The position numbers and the translations under genes are program-made. A DNA stretch of 64,000 bases. It comes from Bugula neritina. Lineage: Eukaryota > Animalia > Bryozoa. The notes under the pieces were generated by a model that worked only from the letters and a program-made list of their open reading frames with translations, was not told the origin of the DNA and ran no database searches. The DNA lies in contig OZ037766.1 in the NCBI GenBank assembly GCA_964035545.1, positions 11,460,722-11,524,721 of the forward strand, in the 5' to 3' direction. Positions 26,601 through 38,971 of this stretch are shown in pieces; within the stretch, counting starts at the first letter, position 1; each line of letters begins with the position of its first letter.

Positions 26601-29600
26601 GCTATTGCTATCCCACTAATAAGCATATTGAAAGCGAATACTGCGATGTATTTTACTGTATCAATTGCTAATTCACTCATTAATCCTTTTTAATAAAAGT
26701 GGTAGACCATTGTCTCAAGTAAAATAATAAGGGGCTTAACCGTTTTAGAAACCTGACTATTTAGTACGAAAGTGGAGTGGAAACTTATACTAATGCTGCC
26801 TAACCCCTATAGGCTAAGGCTGAGTGACAAGCCTAATAATGTAATTCACCTCACATTATAGGGGCCACCCCTTTAAGCACCAAAATGTAATGTTAGGCAT
26901 TCACAGCTCAAAGTAACAATTTTGAATTGCAGGTAACAGCCAACTCTCAAGCAATTTCTGTAAGCTGGCGTTAGAAAGGCTAATCAGTTCAAAAACCACA
27001 TCTTAAACAGTTTAGAGCTTAATAAGTGACCTAAAACTTAATTCTGGGGAATTTAAATGTGATTTTTCGACGATTCATTTGCAAAATAAAATATCAAACA
27101 GTTTTATGAAAAAAAACATTGTGTGAATTAGAGCAACATTTTGTTAAGTAGTAATTTGAAGACCCATTAGCAGGCAACATTATTAACACATATTGCAGGT
27201 TCACCAACATTTTATTATTTTAAAAATTTCATCAGTCGAGGTTTTACTAGTAAATTAGCAATTGGAAGTGTTGCACCACTCAAATGTCTTTTGTACATGT
27301 AGACACAATGCCTGATCACACTTTAGGGTGTGATTGTTATTAATGATTTCCAACAAATTCCAGTTTCACAGTCTCATATATTCACACCTGCTTTGTAGTT
27401 TAAAAACATACACTGCACAGTGTAGCTTCATGTTCAAATAATTAGTAACATACAATAATGCATACAGACCTAGACTACACAAAAACAACTGCATGTGTAA
27501 AAATCTTAAACTAGAACGAAATTAATTAAATTATTACATTAAAAACTTCAGTTCTCTGCACTCAGTTAGAATAATACAACGTCTCTGCTCTTCTACTGCA
27601 ACTGTGCTGGTGAGTCACAACTTTTACTAATTTAAAGGTGATCTACATCATTTTAAGTCTATTCTCACAACACAACTGGTCTACTACCAATCCTTTCTCA
27701 CATAACTTTGACTATATAACCAGCAGATAGCTCTTAACTTGACATGAGATAATGGAAATCTGTAATAGCATACTGCTACATATTTGAGTACATTGAAAAA
27801 ATATATAGCAATACTTACAACTGCTCCACTTTTTTCAGGCCACTAAAAGTATTTGAGTCGAGAGATTCAATTTTATTCTTGTACAGGTACCTAGAAAATA
27901 GTTTTATAAACTATGAGACAATCAAATACAATAATTTTACATGGTGGAACGCACTGAAGACCACTCCAATTAGTACTAAGTTTAAAAACAAAACTTGACT
28001 TGTGCCAACGTATCTCCCAAACTATGGGGTTGTAGCAACTTAACACTTTTAGGCAAAAATAAATGCTGGGGAATAAAGAGGGAACGAAATAATAGAATAA
28101 TTATATATTAGCTTATAACTAGACTGGGAGTTTTATTGGCTATTGTAGACCTAATATATTCTCAGATCAAACATCTAAATACTGATTGTACCTGTTATAT
28201 TGTATTTGATTTGACAATACACAGTCTAAAACTTGGGTTTATGGGTCATCCAGGCTACCTACCTTTAGGGATACTAAGCACACTTCTAACATACATGTAG
28301 AATATTTTAGGTAAAATAGAACACAAACAATAGATAAATATGTAACTGAAACAGGATGAGCTGGCCAAGAAGTTTGACCATTGACACATCATTGTAAATT
28401 AATCAAGTTTTAAATTGACACGAGTGTGTCAGGCCCATTCAATAGTATTACATAATTGAATTTATTAGCTGATATTATTATACATGAGATTGTTCTGCAC
28501 TGCTCTACTTTAAAATTATGTAATAAAGATTGAGTTTGACTGTTCAGGAGAAAAATGATTATTATAACAATGGATTGTTTTTATTAACGAAAATGAATGC
28601 TGTTAATATTTTTTCCTATTTCATTGACAACTGGTAATGATTTTGTCTGCACACATTCTTTTAGTATCAGTGTCACTTGTGTTTTATTAATTTAAAGTTC
28701 TAGCGCAGGCAACTATAAGTAGCTTTCATTGCAAACTTCAAATCATTTTACTATTATAAGTTAAAATTAGGTACAGTTTAGATATACCACCTATACACTG
28801 CAAGTATAGGTAATACTATATACATATATTACATACAATGTAGATATTTAGCATATAATACAACTTAAAGCATAGATGGTAGCCTATAAGTGATAATATA
28901 CAATCTTGGTCTGACATATACAAACACTTACAAGTATTTGAGGTTCTCTAAACCAGAAAAGGCTCCACTAGACAGAGTTTTCAACTCATTGCTGTTGAGT
29001 AAACTAAAAGTAGAGAATGACAATTGGTTATAAGTAGGCTATTATTACTATTCTATTGGCTACACAGTGAGAGGGCATCGGCAGCATAAGTTATGATGAT
29101 AGGCAGCAGCATGAAAAACTCACAGCTAAATAGCACTGCAGGTAAGCAGGATATATACAGTATACTCAGGTAATAAATAGGATATACACAGTGCATTGCA
29201 GGTAAAAAGGATATATAAAATGTACTGCAGGTATTAAATAGGATATATACAGTATACTCAGGTAATAAATAGGATATATACAGCGTACTGCAAGTAAAAA
29301 AGATATATACAGCGTACTGCAGGTGATAAATAGGATACATAAAGTGTACTGTAGGTAATAAATAGGATACATACAGTGTACTGTAGGTAATAAATAGGAT
29401 ACATACATTGTACTGCAGGTAATAAACAGAATACATACAGTGTATTGCAGGTAATAAATAGGATACATACAGTGTATAGAGACTCGACAGTCCAGCAAAA
29501 GTTCCTGGTGATATCTCAGATATTCTGTTGAATCTCAGATCTCTGCAACACAAAAAGCTACTTTAAAACTAGTTGGTCCTCAGACCATAGACAATAGTTC

Positions 29601-32600
29601 ACAGTATGTAGTAGCCCCCGGCACTGTCCATAGTCTATACCAGCTACTAGTAATTGTCTTCTCTCTAAGGGTAACCAATCACGGGTTCTCTTGCACCCAC
29701 CTGGCAGCTGAAACTTATCTGGATACCCTAACATTGGTATTTTGTTAAGTATATGGTAGAGCAAAAATACCAAGTCACAAAACACTGCTAAAAACAAGTG
29801 ATACCCATAACAGAGCTAGAGATGCCCAGACCAGGCTTTGTTTAATATATATTATATTTTTATTGTTCCTCTGGCACATGGGTTGACCATATGCTGCATT
29901 TGTAAACCAAAGGCAATATCTATCTAAACAGGGCTTGGGTATTGTTGTGGAATTCATTGGGAAAGAATGCATAGAAGATGCAGAGAAAAATGGAGAGCAA
30001 ATCGTCTAATAACAAAGATGAGTATCATAAATTGAATTTTCCTCTCAATTTGAGTTAAATATTCTGACAACTACAAATGGGTGTTTGATATAATATACAT
30101 TTTAAACATCCTAAAACTACTTCCAAAAATGGCTGTGAATGCAATTATAGTAGCATTTTAAAATAAATGTTTATTAGAATAACCACTAAAGTTGACCCAG
30201 TCAAAACTTATTGCTTGCTTTTACAATCATATACTTTTAATAGTTCGATGATAACAGCAACAGGGTAGCCTGCATGGAATAATCTGCTAGATGCTGAATA
30301 GAAAGTAAAGAAATTTGGTTACCTTAAAATTAGCCCAAATTTAACCATTTAGCTTAACAGGTTCCTGATAGCATAAAATATAGTGTTTATCTGACTACCA
30401 TAGTAGGGTTATAGTAAGTTTTCTTAGTGCTTTATGAATTTTCACCCAACTATTTGGATACAGAATCACTTCTATAACTACAAGCTCTAACATGCTACTC
30501 TGTAAAGCAGAAAATGTTATGCTAAACTTAAGCAGTTCTAGAAACTAAGCTGGTCTATAGATGGATCCATTTAAAAATTTGATACAGCAGTTGAAGATTG
30601 TGTTGCACTCATTTTGATTTCAGATCAACATGATAATTAAATGCTTTTTGATAAAGTAAACTTTCATATAGTGTAACAAAGTGTATCTACTATGTGAACA
30701 ATGGTTAGTATTACATAATAGTTGTTGACGATTTTTGCTGCATGATTGATCAATATTAACGACAAAAGGCTAAAGTTTCACCCATGGTTCAATATATTCA
30801 ATCAACTTTATAAAATCTTCAGGAGAGATCTATGACGTACACAGCAATTTATTTATTCTAATGTAGCTTAAAGTACTTATTCATTGGAAATAATTAACCA
30901 ACTCTTCCAGCGGGTTTGTGAAATGGAGAAAAACAACTATTCGCTATTGGGGTTTATTTGAAGTTGTTCGCATGTTTATAAATAGTTAAAAAAAGAATTT
31001 CACACTTTCATTACTTTTTTTCAATTGGGTGCTGGTGGAAAAGTTATCAAGACATTTGAATAAATCCAAACGGAGTTAATAAGTGGGTGATTACATACAT
31101 TCTCAACTCAGAAGTTGATAACATATCTTAGGTAGTCAATGCAGGTTCTATCAATTCCAAACAGACACGTAATAGAATTCCTAACCAAAATGATCCCAAC
31201 ACATTATTTCCTATCAAATGATAACAAAGTATTTTTAATCCAAAAACATCTCCACCCCATAGTTTAAATTTTACAAAGGTCATAGAGGTCATTCAACATT
31301 CCAGGTAAGATGACCTGCTAGGATATGCTGCATAGAGCACACCTTAACAAGTGTTTCTCATTGGGACTTACTTATTGTTTTCTAAATTGTAAATGTTTGT
31401 GAGTTTTTTTATGATATGCTCCGGTAATACAATATTATGTTGATTGTTGAGCAGCTTATATGATGGTTGCCTAGCAACTATTATATAACAAGAATGAGCT
31501 TTCCTTACTAATAATGTGGTTACCAGAAAGCAACCTCCCTCATTCATTTTTAAACCTGAGAATGAAATTCTTATATTTTTACATAACAGTTTATGCATAT
31601 ACTTCTCATATTATCTAAACAAGAGACTCCAGCTCATATGACGGCTGGCAGCAAGCTTAATAACTAAAGGCTTCCAGATAAAGACTTGGTATTTGTGTTA
31701 TAAGATAGCAGGTAAAATGATTCCAAGTCACTTTACAAACAACGTTGTTTTCAGAATAAAGCTACTGCATAAGCTATCAAAACACATTGTTGTTAATTTA
31801 GTTGCTGCTGCAGATGTAACTGGATGGAAATTGATGCCTTGGCTGGCACTTTAAACTGTGCTATGTTATCACACACAATACTGTTACCATGGCCAATGTT
31901 AGCTACTTAGTAGATAAATTTACACAATATTGCTGGATAGCCAGATACAACCAGGTATTTGCTAGTCATCTTTAAACAATCATGTATAAAATACAGACCC
32001 TATGCAATGGCAGGATATAAAAATGTTTTTGTACAAATAAGAAGAAAACCATTTCTGTTTCCTATAATGATAATGTCACAACAATGAATAATAGCAAGAG
32101 TGATTTAGAATTAGACTTTTTACTAATCTATAGACTTGATCATTCTCACAGTTGTAGAAAATGAAAACTCTAGGACCAGCTTTTGCAATAAAATAGATTT
32201 TAGTGTGTCATGTGAGAAATACAAAAACTTACTACGATCTAGATATTCTAGTTCATAACTTCGTAAGTTGAGCAAAACATGTAAGTGAGAAAAATGGTGA
32301 GATTGCAAATATGTTTGTCATAAGAAAAAGTCATTACTCCATTTGGTATCAAACTCCTTTAATATTTTATACTAGTTACACATACTGAATATTCCTTATA
32401 GATTATTAACTCAAGCAGGTGTAAAACACTGTTAACAACTTTTCTAGCCAGCATTTAAAGAATAAGAATTAAATCAGTTGCATGTTGGAACATAAATTGA
32501 CTCTAAATATATACGGTTGAATATTTAAGCTTAACACAAATAACATATTTTTGCACTTGCTGTGAGTTTAGAAGAGTGCAAAAACCTTAATGCACTGAGT

Positions 32601-35600
32601 AGCTAATTTCTTACACATAACTATTACAAGAGACACAGTTGGTTTAAGGTCATACTTTTCATTTTCTGGCTCTTTGCCAGGTGCTTTATGTTCTATATGA
32701 ACAATGTTCCACTGATAGCTCGAACAGGTTGAATGTCACAGGAACAAAAAAAATATGAAAAGATAAAGAAACTTATGTTCTCCAATATACTTTTTTATTT
32801 TTTTCAAAAGCCAATTCATGTTTAAGTTATAGCTTGTTGAAAAACATAGTCCCCCTTCCACATTCTTTTCAATTTATACGCTCCTGACTTGTTATTGTGT
32901 CTCAATATGCCTTGTATTTGAGTGCTTGTTAGTCTCGCTTCACTAACTTTGCCTATACTTCACAAGTGCCAGTGCTGCTGGCTCAAAAGCTAAATGTTAT
33001 AAACTGTCAGCTAAAACCCAATCTTGTATTCCTAGGTTGGTTGGCCTAAATAAAACAATAGTCAAATCATGATTTCATGTTTTAAAAATTTACTTTATTC
33101 TAACCTGCTGCCTAGCTAGTTCTATTTTTGATGTATAATTACAAAATTTGTGATACATTTTTTTGGCAATCATGTGATTTATAAAATGCAGTAATGGTAC
33201 TTATAATATTATATTATTATCATTATAATATATTATATACTATTATGTGTGTTTTTATTATACTGCATAATATCTATTTTATTATTGTTGTTGTGCAAAC
33301 AAGTGCAATTAACCTAGTTTTCAAAATGTACCTCTAAATTATCAGAATATCAGTTTAGATATTTTCATGCTTTGTAAGGTAAACCTAAAAAAAGAGGCTG
33401 TATTCCCAAAGTAAAGGGTGTTGAACTATGAACTATATTAGATTAGCCACTCTGCTACCAAGTGCATTAGTATAATATTATATGAATAGCTCTGATGCTT
33501 TGTCTCCGGTGGCTGGCTGCGATATGATAACTTGGCCAACTTCCAAGAGTTTAAAACTGGCGCAATTATTCAAGAGGTTACATGCTGCACAGAGCTAGCA
33601 GTGATAGTAACCTTGCTATTGGCAGTACTTATTACAACTGCCAGCATATAAGCTGCGTTGTAGAATGCCGTTGGGGTAGGCTAGTAAAACCAAATTTTGC
33701 TCTCAAATATACCTTAGACACAATGCAGCAACATAATTGTTCATTTCAAATTACATTGCCACCCTTACATGAGCTGTGGGCTTCATAAAGATTCATATGA
33801 TTAGAGATTTATGCTATAGGCTAGCTATGATGAAAATAACACACCATTGTCAAAGTTAACTTCAAGTATGTTGTTTTCCAGAAACTCAGTAATGTCCATT
33901 TATCTCTCCGCATACAAATACTTATGTAATAGCATACAGTTTAAGTTTTATTTTAGAGCACATCTGCAAATTCTACAATAAGAGCTTGCTTTACCAGTCT
34001 ATTTCAGACCTGTTTTTGTAGCTAGTAATACGCAAGCTACTTATTTTTAAACTTTTGGGTTATTTGTTCAAAACCATTAGCTTTGCTAGTAACCCGAGAC
34101 TATTGCAACAGTTGACTGCTATCAACATGAATTGACAGCCTAATAATTATAACCCATTTGCGAGCGAAATATTTATGTAATGATAGTCACTCATATAGTG
34201 AGCGTCTCTTGAACAATGACTGCGTGGTCCAGAGGGTAGAGGCGTCAGCGACGAGTTGGTTGGTCATAGTTCAACCCTATTTTGTTGCAATTTTTTTTGT
34301 CAACTTATGCAAATCCTACGCATGTATAATAAATATGACTATAATTGTAAAGTTTTTTTTTAACTTTTGTTCAACAGTAAGACAACATACATGCATAATA
34401 ATTAGATACTGAACACTGGACTAAACCTTAAATTGATCTTATAGAATACAATGTACTTAAAATAATCATATGTGAATTAGAGAAACTGAAAGTATACACC
34501 TGCTGCGCTATAGACAGACCTTTACTGACAAGACTGCAAAGTGAAGTGATTTAGCTGAAATTAACTCTGCCAAACAAACAAAGAATTATGTTGTGCTGAG
34601 GCATTTTCAATACATTATTATTGTAACATAGTGAGATGATTCAGCTAAGTGCTAATGTAAAACAGGGAACATTATATTGGCAGAAATCCAATAGATTGCC
34701 AATTTGTGCGAGAGGGTACTATATGTTATTGCGATAGCGCAGAGCAGCAAACGTACTAGGAATGTTATAATTAGTCACAGGAGCGTAGCTAGAACCACCA
34801 TATGAAGAATTTAGAAAATTGCAGTGAAACTTGCAAAATGGTGTATGTTTTTACCAAATTGTGAAGAGCATAAACAGAATTTCAAAAAACAAAGAAAGTA
34901 TATTAGAGAAAACATATCAAGGAATGTCAAGTTTAACTTTTAGACTTTATAAAACGAATCCCCTGTGCTACAGCAGTGGAACATGGAGGGTGTAAAATTT
35001 TACTTATTATGCAACAACTTTCTCAGAAAATTTTTTATTGAAAAATTAAAAAAGTATATGAAAGAGGAATGCAAGAGCTATCTTTTCATGTAAAATTTGT
35101 TAATGTGAGACAAAAACTGTTCGAGCTATCCCCTGGAAACCGTTTATATATAACATAAAGCAGTGCCTGAATTTGGAAAGTAATGACCTTAAACTAACTG
35201 TGGAATTCACAATTCTCAAACTTAAGTGCAGCCACCTTTAAACTTAAAACTAAAAGTGGCTACATCAGCCAATGACTAAACAAATGGCTATTTAAAGCTA
35301 GCAAGTTTTGATGCCATTAAGTATTGTTTGGCAACAGTATTAAGCAAACTATTTTTTCATGATTCTATAATTTGAAAAGTTGTACAACACTGCAATGCCT
35401 TCTGTCAGCTAGCACAGTTTTCTTTAAAAACTGTGAGACAATTGATTCTAAACAACATAATATTTTCTCTATTATAAAAAATATATTCTACAAATTAAGA
35501 AAACAAAAATGTTTGAGAAAGGTATTATTTAGTTATTATTTAATCTTCATTTTCTCTCTTTCTACATCATTGAAGTTATTTTCCTGATGCAGAAATAATG

Positions 35601-35973
35601 GGTAAAATTGGTAAATTTGAAGCTTTCCGGTAATTAATTACAATTAATGATAACTTACAATCATAATTATCTACAGTTGCAGCATTCTATGAAAATAATT
35701 AACAATTTAGCTAAATCAATTTCTATATCTACGCCAGTGTGTAATGAATGCTATAAGGTTTAATGGTGAATAAATAAACAGGAGAACTTACAGAATGGTG
35801 GTGTCTTTTGGAACAACTGGAATTTCGGTAAGTCCGAGAAACATACACCGCACAACCCTTCCATTGTCTCTGTGAAAGCACAGGCAAGCCTGCGGGCAAC
35901 CTGCATCTTGAGTAGTTGTTGTGGAAAATAGGAATAATAGCACAGTCAGTTTGGACAAGAGAACTTTCTCCAT
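9186..35973 (-). CDS. PXDN: Peroxidasin (LRR-Ig-heme peroxidase), 28 coding exons, ~1452 aa
   Basis: Exons 5'->3': 35973-35792 (signal peptide + LRRNT CPQACLC), 29542-29471, 29003-28932, 27890-27819, 25948-25877, 25631-25560 (five 72-nt LRR exons), 24998-24835 (LRRCT NPLICDC), 24710-24470, 24133-23946, 23327-23225, 23010-22844, 22541-22425, 22145-21984, 19785-19630, 19435-19316 (four Ig domains), 18139-17870, 17560-17321 ([11 protein letters not shown]), 17163-16983 (QWGQFLDHD), 16558-16350, 16158-16007 (DASNVYG), 15758-15516 (GDLRANEQ), 15375-15251 (FRFGHS), 14436-14228, 13551-13384 (NIQRGRDHG), 12464-12347 (LRDGDR), 12001-11787, 10703-10474 (RNRR convertase site), 9224-9186 ([12 protein letters not shown]). 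Total 4359 nt with consistent phases. The last exon is the least certain. Confidence 0.96.
10886..10953. repeat. (AT)n microsatellite
   Basis: Long AT dinucleotide run. Confidence 0.97.
11787..17560 (-). CDS. PXDN: Peroxidasin heme peroxidase domain exons
   Basis: Catalytic residues are intact: distal Asp/His in QFLDHD, Arg/Glu in RANEQ, proximal His in FRFGH, Asn in NIQRGRDHG. Confidence 0.96.
13065..13310. mobile_element. MITE/HINE-like non-autonomous element with subterminal inverted repeats and a telomere-like core
   Basis: Three GGTAAAA(A)TRGCACA copies (13066-13109) face inverted TGTGCCATTATTACC and TCTGCCATTTTTACC (13273-13302), around a degenerate (CCCAAA/CCTAAA)n core at 13125-13236. 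Confidence 0.7.
14520..14623. repeat. Compound (CA/CACG)n-(AT)n microsatellite
   Basis: Directly visible. Confidence 0.95.
17756..17828 (+). mobile_element. tRNA-derived SINE head / tRNA pseudogene (Ala-like TGC loop)
   Basis: A-box-like TGTAATAGTTAG, TTGCAAG loop and B box GGTTCAAATCC (17806-17816). Stems pair poorly. Confidence 0.6.
19316..24710 (-). CDS. PXDN: Peroxidasin four Ig-domain exon block
   Basis: Four C...W...DxGxYxC units (DQGSYGC, DAGIYRC, DSGQYEC, DAGSYDC), each split over two exons. Confidence 0.93.
23680..23890 (-). mobile_element. tRNA-derived SINE with body (possible Meta-type core)
   Basis: Minus strand reads GCAGCCGTGGTCTAGGGGTTAGGGCG (A box), CTAGCAA loop, GGTTTGAACCC (B box), then GGAAGAGCATCCAGTC. 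Confidence 0.65.
24343..24452. repeat. ~21-bp degenerate tandem repeat, ~5 copies
   Basis: Units like AGTAGTAGGTGTAGATACATA. Confidence 0.75.
24835..29542 (-). CDS. PXDN: Peroxidasin LRR/LRRCT exon block
   Basis: [52 protein letters not shown]; GT-AG bounded 72-nt exons. Confidence 0.93.
29134..29476. repeat. ~32-bp minisatellite, ~11 copies, overlapping a peroxidasin splice donor
   Basis: Unit GGTAATAAATAGGATACATACAGTGTACTGCA. Confidence 0.95.
34220..34282 (+). mobile_element. Degenerate tRNA-derived SINE head
   Basis: GCGTGGTCCAGAGGGTAGAGGCG (A-box-like) and AGTTCAACCC (B-box-like) at tRNA-like spacing. Confidence 0.45.
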
Positions 35974-38971
35974 GATTCCGGTAGTAATCGACTTGAAGAG
36001 TATAAGAATTCACCTCTGAATATTATAGAAACTTGAGCACCTATACTTCCATGTATATTAAAACAAATTCTCCCATAGTCAATGTCTGCTATCTCAAGTC
36101 TTTGTCAGCAAATTCAACAGTGAAATGTGTAAAGCTCAATGCTGCATGCCACGGAGAGGTGCTGCCGCTAATTGTGCACATGTACTGATGAGCAGCAGAT
36201 CTCACATCAACTTATTAGTATATGCAGAAGTATAGCAGCAGCAGTCAATCAGTAGTCAGCGTATGAGGCAGCACTGTAGTAACCCTGCCAATTAGTAGTT
36301 CTGCCAGTTAAATAGTAGAGCACATGCAACAGGCAGCTGCTATTACAGCTGATAGATCTGTAGTTAAATAAACAATAGGGTATGTATAATCAACTGTATC
36401 TCTAACATAAACAATAGCAGCATTTAACACGAGGTAAAACGAAACCAATATCACAAAAGCTGGTTATAGGCGCTTCATTTGAAAAATACTAAAATTATGT
36501 ATAAGCATAACATTGTTCTTGTACATTACTTTTTACCTGCACTTATAGTTGTACCCAATACAATGCAAATTATCAATGTTCTACATAATAAATCGTATAA
36601 AAGTTACTTCACTCTTACATATATAAATTATTTATTCATAAAGATTATATATTATATAGAAAATATAGGGTCTTGCAAAACCTATATTTTCTATATATAC
36701 ATATTATATATAATATTATGACTAAATTTAAGCTCAGCATCCAAGTGTATTATTTTTTGTGGCAAGAACTGCTCTACCACTGCAGCTTTTTCCACAAGAA
36801 AAATACATCCGCTACAGACAATGGCTTGCCTTCTTGTGTCTTAACTTGCAACCATCAAAGTTATATAGAGATGTAGAATGGATTACTGTTGAATGCTGTT
36901 GTCATCAAATCATTATTATATTTATGATACTGATACAGGTGGGTAGATTCCCACAAGAATAAACCAAAATCCTAGTCTTTCCAGACAGCACTCATTTTTA
37001 CTGAGCTTGATAAACAATTTTCACTATCCAACAATTAATAAGTAACAACATATTTACCTCTTTACTTATTTTAATATTCAAAAATATATGCAACTAAAAA
37101 TTGCTGCTTTATATTCACTGAAAATGGCATGTTATATTACATAGAGCATATTTAGTTAAAATTAAACTCTCTTATTTCTTATTCCAGGCTTCTATTACGC
37201 AATTAAAGAATTTGAAGTTATCTGCTCATATAATAAAGCAGATGCACTTTTGAATATAAACTATTTTTCTGCATATAAAAGTATATGAAGTTGTATAAAA
37301 ATTATAAAATTGATCAGATGTGCTGAAAAGCTCTCAGCTTCTACGCCTATCAGTTATGCAAAAATGTACCAATTCTTCAGAGAGTACAACAGTGACCATT
37401 ATATATTATTTATTTACTAGGTTGACAAAATTTATGACTAAATTAAAAATTGCATTCACAGAGTATAACATTAACACCATAGATTAAAATTCATGCAATC
37501 TAAAAAATTGCATCTTCTTTGCATTTGATATTATTGATACCAACCAACAAAAATGTTTCAAATTTTGATTCAATAAAATCCAGTGATAAAAATTCTTATG
37601 CTGTTTTCAAACCACCCATTGATTATGACTGTCTAATTTCAGAGAGCAGTTTGTTCCTCAACCACGAACAGTTATTTAAGGAGTGATAACTTCAAATTGC
37701 AAATCACTCATGATATCTGTACTGCGCAAAAATAAATTTTAGCATGTACAAGTTTCAACTTACAATGTTCATTATAGTAAATTATGGCAATAATTATTTT
37801 GCAGGATAAAAATTCAAGCATGTTGGAACCAATTTTTAAAAATCACAAAAATAACAAAATCACATGGAACAGGCTTTTGTTCAAGTCTAGTTACATCCTT
37901 AGTACTTCCCATTTTGGTCAAAAAGTAATTTTTTTTCAAAGACCCAGTTTAAATGCAGACTAATTGATTTAGATGTTAGACAGAAGATATCATGTTGTAT
38001 AATCAAAATGGAGCTTCTCATTGAGAAATGATATATTGCTCAAGGAAATAATTGCAGTAAACATAGTCCTACCACCATATTTATTAATTGTCTATATCAT
38101 AATTATTTATTCCTTTATTAATTTATATTATACATATATCATTATATATTATTGCCTACCACCATATTCATTTGGTAGCAACATACGGTATTAACTTTAG
38201 AGAAATAATACTTGAGGCGTGTTTTAGGATACAAAATACAGCTGCAGTTTATTTATTATGAAATTTTCAGATAAAAAACTATTTCAATTAGCTGTGACCC
38301 TCATTATCATATTTTATATTTGTTAGACATGAGTACTACTCCAAGGTAGGGCCAGCACTTATTATAACAATAATTTTGGCAGATAAAAACAAAATTGCAA
38401 TTTCAAATTTGCTAGCAAACCAACATTACAAAAATAAATGAGTTAATACACAGATTGCAGTATTTTCATTATTCAATAAGCATACCCAGGTGCTATCGAG
38501 CTTTAATTAATTATTGATTATTGAACGCAAGTTTATGTAGCAATATTTTAGTTCATTTTATTTGTGCAATTGGCAAAATATATCAATCTCAAAGACCAAA
38601 GTATAATTGGTGTCAAAATTATAATCAATATTCATGAAATAACATCAAAAATCATTTAAGCAAAATGCTTTCTGTGAAAATTTGCACAAGTCCCGTTATT
38701 GGGTAATCTGAAACATTGCTTTATAAAAGACTCCAATAGAAGATTTTCCTAATCAAACAAATTAAGCTTGAAAACAAGAGTACAAAATTAAGTTCTATCC
38801 AATCATTGTAGATGATACTCAGCTCATTATTTATACAAGTCTCTGTGGACAGAAATATGAACAGTTTATGTGGCAACTATTTACAACAGGGTTATGATAT
38901 ATGAACTTCCACTGCACAGTATTACTCAAGACCGAGCTGTTGTTGCTAGGAGTTACACTGCGGTGGTAACC

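Noticed and set aside
29053-29553. 166-aa and 110-aa ORFs, or a CRISPR-like array
   Set aside because: Translation of a minisatellite. Units are contiguous with no unique spacers, and only 72 nt is a confident exon.
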